Assembly (NCBI GenBank): GCA_905178155.1
Contig: CAJINV010000010.1
Span: forward strand, 3,864,587-3,928,586
Source: Amoebophrya sp. A120
Taxonomy: Eukaryota > Protista > Dinoflagellata
DNA length: 64,000 nt
Direction: 5' to 3'
The notes under the pieces are model-generated. The model was given only the letters and a program-made list of their open reading frames with translations, was not told where the DNA came from and made no database searches. Shown here in pieces: positions 1 through 14,800 of the stretch (positions within the stretch are counted from its first letter, which is position 1; every line of letters begins with the position of its first letter). Position numbers and translations under genes: made by a program.

Positions 1-35
1 GAGCGCCTGCCTATTACTTTTGCTGGACCCGACCG

Positions 36-415
36 GCAAAGTGATGGCCAAAAATGATGGTCAAGGGGCTCGCGGCCGTCACTTTTGCGCCGCCCGTCCG
101 CGAAGTGATGGCCAAGGACCCCTGGGCCATCGCTTTGCCCGGCGACCGGAAACGATGGCCCACCCAGGAGGCGCTCTTGGCCACCACTTTGGCCCGGCCG
201 GAACGAAAGTGACGGCCAAGGAGCCCGCGCCCCATGCCCGAGTAAAAAGTGATGGCCGAGGAGCTTCTGGCCACCACTTTTGCCCGAGCGAAAAGCAAGG
301 GCAAAAAGTGATGGCCAAGGAGCTCCCGGCCATCACTTTTGCCCGAGCGAAGGCAAAGGGATGGCCAGGAAGCTTTTTGCCATCACTTTTGCCATGCCGG
401 AAAGTGATGGCCGAG
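36..415. repeat. Array of alternating inverted ~12-mers (AAAGTGATGGCC / GGCCAYCACTTT), ~50-bp period, probably interior of a larger TE
   Basis: About 7 forward and 6 reverse-complement copies alternate in a GC-rich tract; overlapping ORFs are repeat artefacts. Confidence 0.7.
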
Positions 416-2834
416 GAGTTGATCCCTGTTTTCGGGCGTGAAAACAGGGGCAGTCGAGCTTGTCGACGCTTTCTGTATCAGAATCGCACTGAAGTTGATG
501 CGCGGCTTTGTTCTGCTGCTCGCCAGGGCGTGCAGCATAACATTCTGCGCGACGGTATGGCGTAGAGATACAGGGGAAGCGTTGAATCTGTTACACGAAG
601 CTTCTAGACGAGACCTTCTAAGCACATTCGTTTAGAATTATTTTAGTAGAGGCCTCCTATAGATTATATTTATACGGAGGCCCGGGCCAGATTTTGTATT
701 ATTATAATTATTTCCTTCGTGTAAACTGAAGAGCTTAATATATCACGATCACCTCGTATGACAAGCTAATATCACGTAGAACGAACGCGCATCAGCTGCT
801 TGGTGCCGCTTCGAAGAAGTTGTTTCTTATGGACGTAAAGTAAGAGCTGCACTGGCATATTGCCTGCAGTCCTACAGTAGGTCGTGTTGAATCCATCACA
901 AAAGTGCAATTCCCGTTTAGGATGATCCACCACAAAAGTCTACTTCAAAACTCCTGATGTATCTATAGTGGTGACTAGAACTACTAAAAAAACTGTACAA
1001 AATTATGAGGAGATGATGTGAAGAACTTCTAAGATCGACAAAACAGGCAGTGCAAGTAGAACCTTTGAAGCTCAGGAAAAAAAGCTTGTCGTGCAGCTGT
1101 CACGACATTACTAAAATGCCGAAGTCTCCTGCTGTAGTATTGGCGCCCTGTTCACATTCTCGACGAAGAAGATCGAGCAATTTCTGGATCTCAGTTTCTT
1201 CAATATTTACCAGCTTGCATGAAAAAAATTACTCGACCGGAACTTGAAATCCAAACCGCAAGGAAGATGATTACATGTGGTTCCTTGCCCGAGTTGTAAT
1301 TACTAAAAATAAAGCTCTGTTCTTTATTTGCATGACCGAAGTCATCTTTTTACTACTTGCGTGCCTTCGACGGCCGCGACTTCCTACTGACCAACGTTTT
1401 AAATTTCCATGTGTACAACTCTGCAGGCCAAAACCTACGTAGGCTTCTCTGGCATTAAATTTTAAAGCCGAAGCCGTAGTGTAAAGTAATTTTTTGTTTC
1501 GTACGAAAAGAATAGACACAATAGGACGGTAAAGATAAGACTGAGTTGTAGTAGAGTCATTTCATCTGTAGTTGACTAAACTTCTGCTAGAGTGCGTTGT
1601 AGCTCTAAGACCTCATTTATTGTTCACCAAGTTTGTTTTTTTTTTCTGTGGTGGCTCCATCAGCATCCTTTTGTGTACTAGAAGAGCGCGGCTACTTACA
1701 GCAACTCTAACTCTAATGGCGAAGATCGCAAGGAAGCTAAGATGCTATCTTCTCAGTAGCGGATGGTATTGGTAGCTTCGTACTGGGAGGCATATAGAAG
1801 GGAAACGAAATAGCCTTCCAGTTTTTCAGGACGCGGCTGGTGTGGAGTATAAGACGTCAGTAGCTCTTGCCTCGTGCACAAAGGGCATAACTACCACGGG
1901 TGCGATTTTTTTATCGCCTCAGAGCAGCTTGTCATTTCTCCTGGTTCCTGTAAAACAAAAAAGCTTTCTACTCGCGGAAGTATTTTGTAGTTCCCAACAA
2001 TTTATCCTCGGTGTGGTTATGGTTTTCTTCTTGATGTTCACCTTTTAATAGTTTCCTTCTACTGGTTTTGGCATCATTTTTCAACATTTTTCACCCACGA
2101 CCGCTCGGCTCGGCTCGCAAACTTGTTCTGCGGCCTTTCCACATCGATCTTTATTGTTGGCGGCCTTCTATTGGAGGCAAGACCTCCTGCTTTGTCCTTT
2201 TTGGCCGCTGAATAAATAATTGCCTACAAATAAATAAATACGGCAATAAACAAGGAAGATGATGGCTAAACGGGTCTTGGTTTATTGGAGAGAATGTTAC
2301 CCTTAATATTTTTGACTAAAGGAAAGTCAAAATGTACACCCGAGAAAATTTGAAATGACGCGACCATGATGTTGTTGAAAATCCCGATTTTATTGTTAAA
2401 TCGGCTCTACTGCTGGTGCTAGGCGAAATAACCTCCGCGGCCCTGTGATCAGCATTTGTACTCTCCGACTTGTGCTGATTTTCCGGAACATCAGCATCGT
2501 CTTCATGGCAGTGGTGTTGTAAAAATCCACCCTCGAGGTCGCCTGTCGGGAGCTGCACGACGGACCTTCTTACCCCTCCCCGACCCCCTCGTCCACAAGC
2601 AGCGACCACTTAGTAAGTACAACGACCCGCCTCCTTGACCAGTCCAAGCGACCACGGCGACTCAGTACCGGAGCGGCTTTTTTTTTCCTCTCTTCGCAGG
2701 TAGTTCGAGGAGTCCTCCGTAAAATAACAACCTCCAATAAACGCGGTTCGTTTTCTTGTTCCCACTGCTCCGAGCGTCGACATTCATCAAGGCGTGTGGA
2801 AATTATCCACTAATATTTTGGTACCGAAAAGAAG

Positions 2835-5800
2835 ATGAAGAATAAGAACAGCAAGAACTCCCGGGGAACCCCGCAGGGCGGGCACAGCAAGAACAGCAAT
2901 CGGAATGGCGACGACCAGGAGGCCAATGAATTCTGGGATTTGATGAAAAACGGAAATCCCGACATTCTGCGCCCGATTCTCGACCAATGCCGGGCCAATC
3001 AGATGGACGTCACAGTACAGATATTCAGTTTATTGAGTTTACTATGCTTTCTTTCTTATTTGCATCAAGGGGCAGTAGTCGAAGTTTGTGATGGTGCAGA
3101 CGATAGTATAAATATGGCATGAAAATGAAATAAATAAATCTTCACAGTAGCTTGAACTTGATCTTGATGTTGCTTTGCTGTTCTCCTCCTCCAGAGTCTG
3201 TGGTCTCTGTCATGCTGAGTACAACTACTGCCCTCATACATTACAAGGACAAACGAACCCTCGCAACAACAACAATCCACAGATCTCGAAATCCCTGGCC
3301 CACATGCTCCGCCATGCTGCGGGCACGAACAACTTGGAGATCCGGAAGGACGGGTACGTATCAAATGCAAAAATGTCTGGGTTTGGAAAGCGCTAGGTAT
3401 GTAATGCATGTTTTGCATGACCCATGATGCCTGTAATGCATGGCCTAGCATCACAGATTCTTAGCAGGCTTCCTGATGCCTATTCCGCAAGACAAATGCA
3501 CTCCCCGCGTAGCCCAAACTGGAGGCCTCTTGCTGGTCATGCAATACAGATTTTTTTGGAATCTAGAGGTTGTAGCATCACAAGTTACAACAACTTTCCA
3601 GACCCAGACATATTTGCATTCGATAGTACGCGAAACTCAGTTCCATCATGAAAACCAAGGATTTCAAGGGGAAGCACACAATCGAGCAAGTCATGGCGGT
3701 GTGTTACTACGACAGTAAGTCTCGTTTTTCGATGATCCGAGAAGCGGGCGTAAACACCGAGTACCTTGTCCGCGCGAACCAGGGACACACGATGAAGAAT
3801 GTGAATGACGAGCAACTGCTATTACAATGAAAAATGCCCCCACCCCCAAAGTTGCAATAATTTGTGATGCAAAGTTTCCAAATGAAAAATTTTTGTCATG
3901 CATGAAAGGACTATGAATCTTTTTGATGCAGAGTCTACTAGGCGTATATCGCATTGCTTGCATGACAAGCGTCGCTCTTGCTGGGATCTTGCGCAATACA
4001 AATTTTTTCTATTCACGATTGGAAATCTGTGATGCTGATAGATGCAAGGGGGCGAAGGTTTCACTTGCAAAGGTTTGCAAAACAAATGCTCCTCCCAAGT
4101 TCGGGGGTGGGGGCGTTTTTCATTGTAATAACTGCTGCAAAAAATAACCGATCCGACCAGCATCCAGGGGGAGGCAATCCACGGGATATCCAAGAAAAAA
4201 ACGTTGTTAGTGTAAATTTGTGGTGCGCAACATGCAAGACTATTGCGTCTGTCATGCTTGGCATGCGTCGTATGGTCCATGAAAGGGCGTTTTCACGTAC
4301 TATCTGCGCATGACACGTTTTTGCTGTCATGCCAGACAAATTTGTAATGCTGTTCCTTCAAAATAGTTTACACCTACAATGTTTTTTTCTTGGATACGGC
4401 ACCTACACGGTCCACTGGCCCTTCATCAAGCAGCAGGGGTTGTCGAAAGCGGCGCGGAACCACATCCATCTAGCGCAGGGTATGGCGTTCTCAAACGTTA
4501 CATTCTCAACTGTTACATGAATTCGTCATGCAAGAATAGCAAAAGGGAAAGCGGGAAGATTGCGCGTTTTGCATTACAAATTTGGAGCGGATTATAATGC
4601 TGTTTAGCCCTTGGGCAGTTTGTCATGCGGAGTACCTTGATCACGTAGATGCTGATGACAATTTTGCATGACAAATCCATGTAACAGTTGAGAATGTAAC
4701 AATTGAGAACGCCATATAGGGATTGCCGCAGGACGGAAAAATCCGTGGGATGCGGTCTATATGCATTGCAAAAGTATCGTAGTCGTGGTATATATGTAGT
4801 CAGGCACGACAAATATTTACTCACAACTTGTACCAGCATGACAAATTCCACTTTTCTCGTTCTGAAAAAAATGAATTTGTCATGCGATTTCTACTAGTAC
4901 GTGCGCGATGCGTTTGCAATGCATAGGCCAGCGCGGAGATCTTCATTTACGTAGACTTGGGGAAAGCAATGGCAGATGGGATCGTTTTCTACGAAAGTAT
5001 TTTTATTGTCTAAAAGCGATTTTTTTTTTTCTGGAAATCATCTGCGTTTTCATAAAATTTTGTGTCATCAACATCAGCAGCAGCTTCCATCCGCGACTCT
5101 GGCTTCATTTCACGTAAGAATAGAGGAAACTTGTGCTGTGGACAGCTGCTTACATTCATGCGCGAAAAATGTGTAAGACATCTTCAAACCTTGTTCACTT
5201 TACGTCAAAATTAACCCAGGTTCCAACGGTGTGATCCTGACCATTGGCGACGAGGGTTGGATCGGGACGAAATACTTCATATCCTTTGCAAAAGCGTCCC
5301 CACCCCATAGTCAAGTTGTCAAATCTGCAACACAAATCTCCAAGCGTTGGGAGTTGTGCATGACAAGCTTCCATCTGCAGTGTAGTGCTGGTTGGCAAGG
5401 GAGGCCGCATGAGAAAGCCATTTGCCTCTCATCATGGAGCTGCGCATTACAAGTGTTGCTGTCATTGCGCATTTGCAGGACAACTCTGGGAAGGTGGGGA
5501 CATCTTTGCTGAGGATACTTCAAAAAAGTGGAAAAAATCGACCCCGAGCTGCTGACGGCCACACCGTTGGATTTTGACCAACTTGTATGCACTGAAAATA
5601 TTTCTGCGTCTGGAAGGTTGCAAGACTTGTCATGCAGGTTTTACAGGACGCGTGAGGTCTGTAGTGCATGACCTAGCATGAGAGATTCCGCGCGACCTCG
5701 AGCATGCCTCGCTTGCATGAGAAACTGCCACTCCACTTGGTCAAAAGTGGACAGCTTTTGGCAATCGTGCAACACAAATTCTTGCACTATCCGGAATTCG

Positions 5801-8800
5801 CATGACAAGTGCAGCCAGCGTTCCAGATCCAGACATTTTTGCAGTGGATAACTCGACAAGCCAACGTGGCCCGCGGAGTTAGCGCCCACCGGGCCCATAT
5901 GAACTGCAAAAGTATCTTACTCGTATAAATGCATTACAAATTTCCTCAGCATGAGAAATAAAATTTGTAATGCTGATTTGCGTTCAGAAAAAAATTTGTG
6001 ATGCAAGACTTGCATTTTTTATACGAATGCGATGCTTTTGCACAGGATAGCCCATTGGGGACACCTACACCGTGAAAAACATTGAAGCGATGCTGACCAA
6101 GCAGAAGAAGCAACTCCAGTTAGTAATCGAGGCGAAGCGGAAAAAGGACGCGGGGACGGAGTTGAGCAAAGAGGAGAAAAAGTTGGCGGCTGAGTATAGT
6201 TATAGCTTTTGATTTGATGAAGCTGATTCGATTCATTTTCATTTAAGAACATGGCATCGTGATTGATGATTCTGTGTTGCAGCTGTGCAACAAGTAGTTC
6301 ATGACCACAACCTGCACGGTATATCTCATCATGACAAAGCCTCCCGCTCCCCAAAAGTACACGAGTTTTGCCACTTACTTTATTATGATTATGATGTACA
6401 GGTACGACGGCATGAAGCTCGAATTTGCCTCCCTGGAGCAGCGCAAGAAGCAGCAAGGCGGCATGCGGAACCGCACGCAAGTCTTGTATCCAATGCAAAT
6501 ATGTCTGGGTCTGGATGAGTCCAGGAGTTTGTCATGCAGTTTTTCCAAGCTTCGCCAAGTCTGGAAAAATGCAGGACCTAGCATCTTCACAGGGTCTGCA
6601 GCCCCTTGGTGATGCCTGGTGTTCTGCATGAGAAATAAGTACACTCTCACTCAGCATGGCCAGAAGTGGGCGCCTTTTCTTGCAAGTCACGCAACACAGA
6701 CTTTTGTGTGATCCGCAACATGCATCACTTCCAGAGGACCCAGATCGATATTTGCAATGCATATCTTGCACGCCAGTCCGATTGAGGACGACCCCACGGT
6801 CGTGAACCGAAAAGACCTATCAAGAAGGAAAATCCCCCCTCCCCATATCAAAACGGAAATTTGTGATGCCGATTTGTGGTCACAAATCAGCTTTGTCATG
6901 CTAGAAGGAAAGACATGCGGAGTGTAGTGCTGGCTGGCGTGGAAAACCCTTGCGCCTTCAGCATGACAGAGAGCAACTGGAAGTGGGAAGCAGCATGACA
7001 AATTGTCTACAAACGAGGCCACAACTGCGGCTCTTGGCTTTCTGGCATTACAAGTCGATTTGTGTACTCAAATACAGCATGACAATTTTCGTTTTCGATA
7101 TGGGGAGGGGGGACTTTTCCTTTTGATAAGACCGGGACGCCACCCCGCCCTGGCAGCGGGCGGAACGCGAGGCAAAGTTAGCGGCCATGGCGAAGCAAAA
7201 CCACGGGATCACCGATAGAGACACCGCGCAGTGGTCGGCTCTGAGGGAGGCAAAGGATAAAAAGTTGAAGCAGTTTGAAGACTTGGGGTTGATATCAAAT
7301 GCAAAAATGTCTGGGTCTGGAAGAATGCAAGATTTGTCATGCATATTTCTCGTGGCCCATGGTGCCCGTAGTGCATGACCTAGCATCGCACACTTTTAGA
7401 GTGCTTTCTGATGGACCTTTCGCATGAGAAATGCCTTGTCCGTGTAGCACAAATTGTGCCCCTCTTGCTGGTCATGCAATACAAATGTTCTTAGAGTGCA
7501 AAAACAGCATGACAAGTTGCATTCTTCCAGACCCAGACATTTTTACACTTGATAGTTGAGAACGTCTAGTAGTTCCAACGCTGCAGGAGCGGCTTCAAAC
7601 ACAACTGCGAACGCGTTTGCGTTCGGAACCAACCCATCGAACACCGCAGGTGGAGTAGTTGCTGGTGGGGATAATACTACAAACAGTAAATCGGTTTCGA
7701 ACACGACCAACAATTCCGAAATCAACCTAAACCTCACCAATTCGCACCAGTCCTCCGGCTTCACGACCAATAGCCAAGCGCCCTGGCGAAAACGCCGCGC
7801 GTCTACCGCGTCGGTCGGGACGCAGAACACCGTGCATATCCTGTGCAAAAGTATCGTACTCGTAGTGATTGCATTTATGCATTACAAATCTCTTTCTCAA
7901 GGTCATTCAGCATTACAAATCCAATTTGTAATGCTAGGCTAGTTTGTAATGCAATTTATACTAGTACAATGCTTTTGCATTGCATAGTGCAAACGGACAG
8001 CGAATTTGGATCGCCGGATTACCACCTATGCGTTGTAAATATGTCTGGGTCTGGAAAGTTGAAACTTGTAATGCTGGTCTTGCATTCCTGTGAAATCTGT
8101 ATTGCATGACCGCCAAAACAAGTCGCAGCCTCTTTTGCAAGACAAAAACGCAGCTTCTCATGCGGGCGGCGCACGAGAAAGCGTTCTAAAAATTTGTCAT
8201 CCTTGGCTGCATTCGAAAGCGTTTCCATCATCCACACTTTGGCATCACAAGTTTCTAGACCCAGACATGTTTGCAATGGATACCACCTGAGAGGGGACCA
8301 GTCCGGCCGGAACAACTGGACGCATAAGCTCGGAGATAGCGAGCACAATCGGTCCCCCACGAGGTCCCCATTGCACCACATAAACTCCGCACCGATGGTG
8401 CAGAACATTCAGAAAAACGTCGCGTTGTTGCAAGTGGAATCCTCCGTTTCCTCCTCGTCCTCCTTCTTTGATGATTTGATGATCTCCGGAGCGCAGCAGC
8501 CCCAAGCCCCGGGCGTACCTGTGTTTCGGAAGGACAGCATGCAGTCGAATGGGGGGGCCAGTGTATCATCCGCGAAAAACGTTTTGAAAAAAACCACCTC
8601 TGTGCCGGGGCCAACCAGTTCCGCGTCGAGCTCGTCAAGCGGTACTAGTCGTGCAGGCGGCGCGAGCAGCAGCTCCGCCGCGCCAGCAAATAGTATTAAG
8701 GAGCAAAGCAAAGAACAGCAAGCAGGACCAGGAGCAAAGAACAAGCAGGACGAAATAAACAAGGAAAAAGAAAAAGAAGCATCGTCTTCAACATCACACC

Positions 8801-11800
8801 AGCCGCCCCAGCCGCAGCCCAAGCCCCCGGCGGTTGGGAACCTTCCCGGTCTCAGCAAACAGGCGAATAGGCTGGGGCTGTACGGTGCGGGTGGAACAAA
8901 TGCTTCCGGGAACACAACTTCCAGTTTGCTGCAAAAGTTGCAAGCCGGGGGCTACGGAACCAGTTCGTCCAAAGAGACGGCAAATTCCGCGACTAACACG
9001 CCCGCGATAGGAGTCACGTATTACAATGAAAAATGCCCCCACCCCCGAACTTGGGAGCATTTGTATTGCAAACCTTTCCAAATGAAATCTTCGCCCTCTT
9101 GCATCTACCAGCATCACAGATCTCCAATCGTGAATAGCAAAAATTTGTATTGCAAAAGATCCCAGCAAGAGCGGCACTTGTCATGCAAGCGCTGCAGTTT
9201 ACGCCGAGACTCTGCAGCAGAAAGATGCCTACTCCTTTCATACATGACAAAAAGTTTTCATTTCGAGACTTCGCATCACACTTTGGGGGTGAGGGCATTT
9301 TTCATAGTAATACCACGGGCGGGGGATTCACTGCTGGAAGTAAGAAAGGAACTACAGCTGGTGCATCTTCGAAGGAGTCAAAGGATCCGAATAGCAAGTC
9401 CGGTGCTGTTACGGCGAACAGTACTTCTAAAGACAGCGCCGAGGAACAAAATAATGAGGACTTGTCCAACAATACTAAACTTCTGCAGAACAATGGGCGA
9501 GGAATAAATGACAAAGCAACATTCGGAAAAAACGACGACGAAAGCTCCAGTCCCGAGAAATTAGAAGTGAAGTCTAAGGCAGTTTCGGAGCAGTTACACA
9601 GCAAAAAACCAGTCATATCCTGTGCAAAAGTATCGTACTCGTATTGCAATCATGCATTACAAATTCTTTTCTCGAGGTAAATCAGCATTACAAATTTCAT
9701 TTCTCATGCTGAGGGTGGAACTTGTAATGCATTTTCACGAGTGCGATAGGATACTTTTGCAATGCATAAGTCACGTCGAAGGCCAACCTGGCTGTGGACT
9801 ACATGCTCATGAAAGCGAAGCTCGATCAGGTGGAAAGAGAAAACAAGGCAGACTTGTCCAAACTTCCGGTCGCAAAGCCGCGGGAGGAGACAACTCAGCA
9901 GCTAGGTCTTCCAGAATCGAGCTACAACACCCCGGAATCCGCATCTTTGTTCTCTACCCCAACGCATAATGACCAGAGTAGTCAGTCCGCAAGCCAGCAG
10001 GTTAGTGGGTTAGCGAGTGGCCCGAGTGGGAGTGCGAATAATAGCAAGGATGGGGTCGTACTAGCTAGTGCGGCTGTTGGCGATGCTGCTGCTGGCGATA
10101 AAGGTGTCGACACTGCAAAAAACGCCACATCTTCCTCATCTCCGCCACGACCCGATGACGCAGCAGCCGCAGCAGCTGGAACAACAACAGCGGCTGGTGA
10201 AAAAATATCGTCTCAAACCAAAAGCACCACAGCTGGGCCGGGTCACAACAACCCCGAGGTGGACTCCAAATCGTCCACCATTATTCCCGCAATCCCGAAC
10301 AGCGCCACGAGTTCCTCGAATCAAAACACCATCCCGTCTACCTCCTCCACCCTCCTCCAGTCCGCAACCACCCAAGGTGGCGCGAACCGGGAAGCGCATA
10401 ACCACCTCCTGGCGCAATTCGTCGCGAGTCAGAGTTTAAGTTCCGGGTCCGGATTCACGCAAACAAATTCCACGAGCTCCGCCGGCGCGGCGATAAGCGC
10501 CGCGCTGCACATCCCCGCAACCGGGGCGACAAGTGGGCAGCAGGCGATTGCGGCTCTGTTGCAACAGCAGGGAGCCGTAGGAGCGGTAGGGACGTCGTCG
10601 TCGAGTGCTGGTGCGAATGCGAATGCGAATGCAACCGGGGGAACAATAACTGGAGCAACGACCAGTCTAGTAACCCCAGCTGCGGCTGCCCAGCAACTGC
10701 AGGCCCAGTTGCTTGCAGGACAGCAGCAGCAACAACAGGGGATGAATTTGGTTGGCACCACCTCCACAGGAGGAGCCACGAACGGCAATATTAACGCCGC
10801 AGGAGGAGCCCAAGCCCAACAAGCGCAGCAAAATTCTGCGGCCGCCCTCAGTGCGGGGATGCTTGCGCAGCAGCTGGCGAATTTGGGCTTAACAGCAGCG
10901 GGGGGCACAACAACTTCTAGTAGCCCTCAAGGAACACTCGCTGCGGCCGCGGCAGTGTCGAGCTTACTGCAGCAGCAAAACCAGCAGCAAAACGCTGCTG
11001 CGCTGAATGGGCAGCAGAATGTATCAAAAAGAAAAATCCCCCCTCCCCATATCGAAAACGAAATTTGTGATGCAGTATCTGAGTACACAAGTCGCATTTG
11101 TCTTGCTGGAGAGGACTGCAGACCCATATCAAGCCTGAGTAGAGAGGCTTTGACTTAGGCGCTTAGCATGAAAAGTGTCCGTGATGTTGGCTCAACAGCA
11201 TGACAAACCGGCTCCATAATGGGACGGAAGCTGCTGCCCTTGTCTTCTTGCAGCACAAACGTGATTTGTGACCTCAAATCAGCAACACAACTTTTCGAAA
11301 ACCTACCTCTTCAATATGGGGAGGGGGGATTTTGCCTTGCGATAGAATGCAGCAGCGCAAAAGCCTGCGTCTGGTACTGGCTCGGGGATGTCGGCGCAGG
11401 CGTATCCGACAAGAACAAAAGAGCAGATGATCAACCTGATAAGAGAGGTATCCTGTGGAAAAGTATCGTACTCGTAGTAATTGCATTTATGCATTACAAA
11501 TTTCTTTCTCAAGGCAAATCAGCATCGCAAATTCAATTTGTAATCATGCTGAGGAAATTTGTAATGCGATTTCTACTAGTGCGATGCTTTTGCATTTCAT
11601 AAAAGGACAAGATCATGTGCCACAACGAGACGTGGGGTTACAAAACGAGTGTGGGGGAGCAGAATTTTTTGAAACCCTTTGATCAGGAAGAAATGGAAAT
11701 TTGGCGGGAGCTGGAGCCCTTCGTAATGTGATTTTTTTGTCTTGCTGTGTTGCATAAGTTGTACTTTAGGCAAAAAAATCCGGTTTCTAGGAATGCTTTC

Positions 11801-14800
11801 AGCGTGCCTGTTTTCGCCCCTCGCTGATGTAGTACCACACGATGTTCGTAGTTCCCTTCTGATTACTTACATCAAACAGTGTTAGTCTTAGTTTTGTTAG
11901 GAAAAATAATACAACAGCAAGAACAGTTGAAGCAGCAAAGCCAACTGCAGCAGGTGCAAACGGCCGGGAGTACCCCGCAGCAGGTACCGGCCTCCCATGG
12001 ATTTGTGTATGGAAATCAATACGTGGACCCGAACACGGGCACGGTGCTGCAACTAGGAGGGGCGGCGCAATCGGTATGATAAAGGATTTTCGGACGATAT
12101 TATTTCAGTGGGGGAAGACGATGACGAAGTAGATTTAGATCATCATCATACTAGATTCGGGCTGCCAACCCCAACAAGTTTCTGGGATTGCCTTTGTTCT
12201 ACACCACGTCCCTCACGTTTGATGTAGTCTGTCAGATTTCTCTTGCCTAAAAAAACTTCACAGCAGGTACAAGCGCTCGTCCGGAACCAAGCTGCCCAGG
12301 CCATGGGCAGTACCAGCGGGCTGAACGCAGCTGCGGTAACCGCCCAGCAGCCACTCGTGCAACAGCAGCAAACGGCGACCGCGAACGCCTTCCGACAGCA
12401 GTTGCAAGCGTATGAGACTTCTGCACAACTCCCCCTCCCCCTCATTTGTCATGCAAAAATGTCGAATCCAGTTACTATGCCTAGTGGCACTCTCTGCATT
12501 ACAAATTCTGGAAACTGAAACAGTACTACACCCAGCGCATGATGAATTTGTCATGCACAGCATCCACCTGTGTTGGTGTTTGTATTGCTTGCCATGCCAT
12601 AGCATACAAATGTGGGGAAAGAGGAGTTGTGCACCCTCATAAAGCGCAGCTCGAGAAGTCCGGGGTGGCTCTACCCGCCGTGGGAAATAACGCTAATGCT
12701 GCGGCGGCGGCGGCGACGCCAGGTACAAGTGCGATTGTTTGTGTAAACGTGAACAAATCATGAACTTCTTGCCAAATTAAATCCTCGCTTCATCTACTTG
12801 CAACAGATAAAACTGTTGTGTTTTTTACCATGCTTGATTCGCAAAAATCATAGAATCACGTTGTGCAGAATGAACAAGCTCAACAAAGAAGCTCTATTTG
12901 TTCTTCTACAAATCATCTCAGCCTCCGTGGCCCACCTGATTCAAGCGCAGCTGCAGCTTATCAAATGCAAAAATGTCTGGGTCTGGAAGAATGTATGTTT
13001 GTCATGCTTGTCTGGCATGACTCTTAAATCTGACATGCGCGTTACCCAGGAGCTCCATTTTTCTGTGGTGCAGAAACGCAGTTCTTTGTCATGCAGAATA
13101 GGCAACACCTAGAAACTCAGAGACTTGTCATGCTGAGCCAGCACTTGTGGCCTCATCATGAGACGCCACCCAGCATCACAAGTTTCCAGACCCAGACATT
13201 TTTACATTTGATACAGCTCCAGGGCCAGCAACAGCAACAATCTCAGCAGCAGTTGCAGCAGGCCCAGGCCGCGCAGCAGCGGCAGCAGCAGCTGAACCAG
13301 TTGATACAGCACGCCGCGGCAAAGATATCCAGGGAAAAAACTGTGTTAGTGTAGGTCTCTTGGAGTGCCACCATTACAAATTTGCTCTGCACGAGAGAGA
13401 AAGTTTGTCATGCAGTGCTAGTACGTGAAAACACACATGAAAAGAGGACTTCATGGGTGTCTGGCATGACAAGTGTAACTGTTTTGCATTTTTTGCATCA
13501 CAGACTTACACTTACACAGTTTTTTTCTTGCATAAAAGACCGCACAGATGAATCAACAGTCCATGAACCAGAACCCGCAACAACATTTGTTGCACGGTAC
13601 TGGTACGGGTTTGAACTCGCAATTACCTCTAGCGCAGCAGCAGCACAATTTGGTTGACCAGAACGCGGAGTACGAGTACCGGCCGCCGCACATGCTGCAG
13701 CAACAGCAGCAGAACAACAGCACGGCAAACTTCATGGGCGGAGGTAGTGGTGCAGCTCCTGGTGGAATAAACAACAACTCGGGAATAAATAGCGTACATG
13801 CTATCATGCGAGGAAATAATCAGCAGCAAGGTAACAACATGAATGCGGGGGTAGTTGGTAATATTACCGCTGGCGGGTCTAGTTCCCAGAGCAGCAGTAG
13901 CGCAGCAGCACATCTTGTTCATGGGCAGCAAAATATGTACCACGCAAATACAAACAGTAAGAACAACAACGCAGGTGGAACAGGAACAAATCAAACGCAC
14001 ACGCAAAGCAACAGCATCCAAAACCTGGATGAGCAGTACGAATACCGACCGCCACCTCGAGCGAACAACAAACCAGCTCCAAACTTCGTGACCAGTAGTA
14101 CTTCTAACGCGTTGCAACAGAGCAACAGCAGTTCTGCTGCTAGTTTATTCCAGCACAGTAATAATCTGCAGCAAAGACTGAATAATCAGAACAGCCAGCA
14201 GGGTACTAGTGGTGGGATGAACAGTGCGTCGAATAATAGCAATTACAACTTTAACCCTCCCCCCGCGCCTGTCGGAGGAACAACAGGTGCTGGGATGAAC
14301 AGCAACAGACACAGCACTTCTTCTAAAGGCGCGCAAGCGACGAGCAATGCGAACAGCAGCTACAAGGGTTCTTTCGGAGGAGGTGCTGGTGGAGGACTAC
14401 ACCAGGGACAACAACATCAACATCATAATCCCCACAGCGGCGGCGGAAATCCTGGTCCGAACAGCAGTGGTCTCCACGCTACATATTCCCAGAATTCCCA
14501 GTGGTCTTCCGATGCGACTTACAGTCAGCACTCGGGGCCGGTTGGATCCGCCGGCGGGAACCTTCAAGGAGCTGCCTACCAGCAGCAATTATACAACCAA
14601 GGCAAGCAGCAGTCGGGCTCTGGGGGCTTTCCCGGACCTACACAAGGAAGCAAAAACACGATGGCACAGCAGCAGGAGCAGATCCAGTGGACAGACGTTA
14701 CGACGAATCAGCACAAAGGAAGTGGTGGTGGGTCGCGTTACAATCAGCAATTTGGTGCTGGAAGCCTGGGGCAGCAGCATGGAAGTGGTGACAACCGCAG

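Noticed and set aside
3359-13534. Repeat-spacer-like alternation resembling a CRISPR array
   Set aside because: Repeats are inverted pairs of several families, the unique parts are exons, and there are no cas genes
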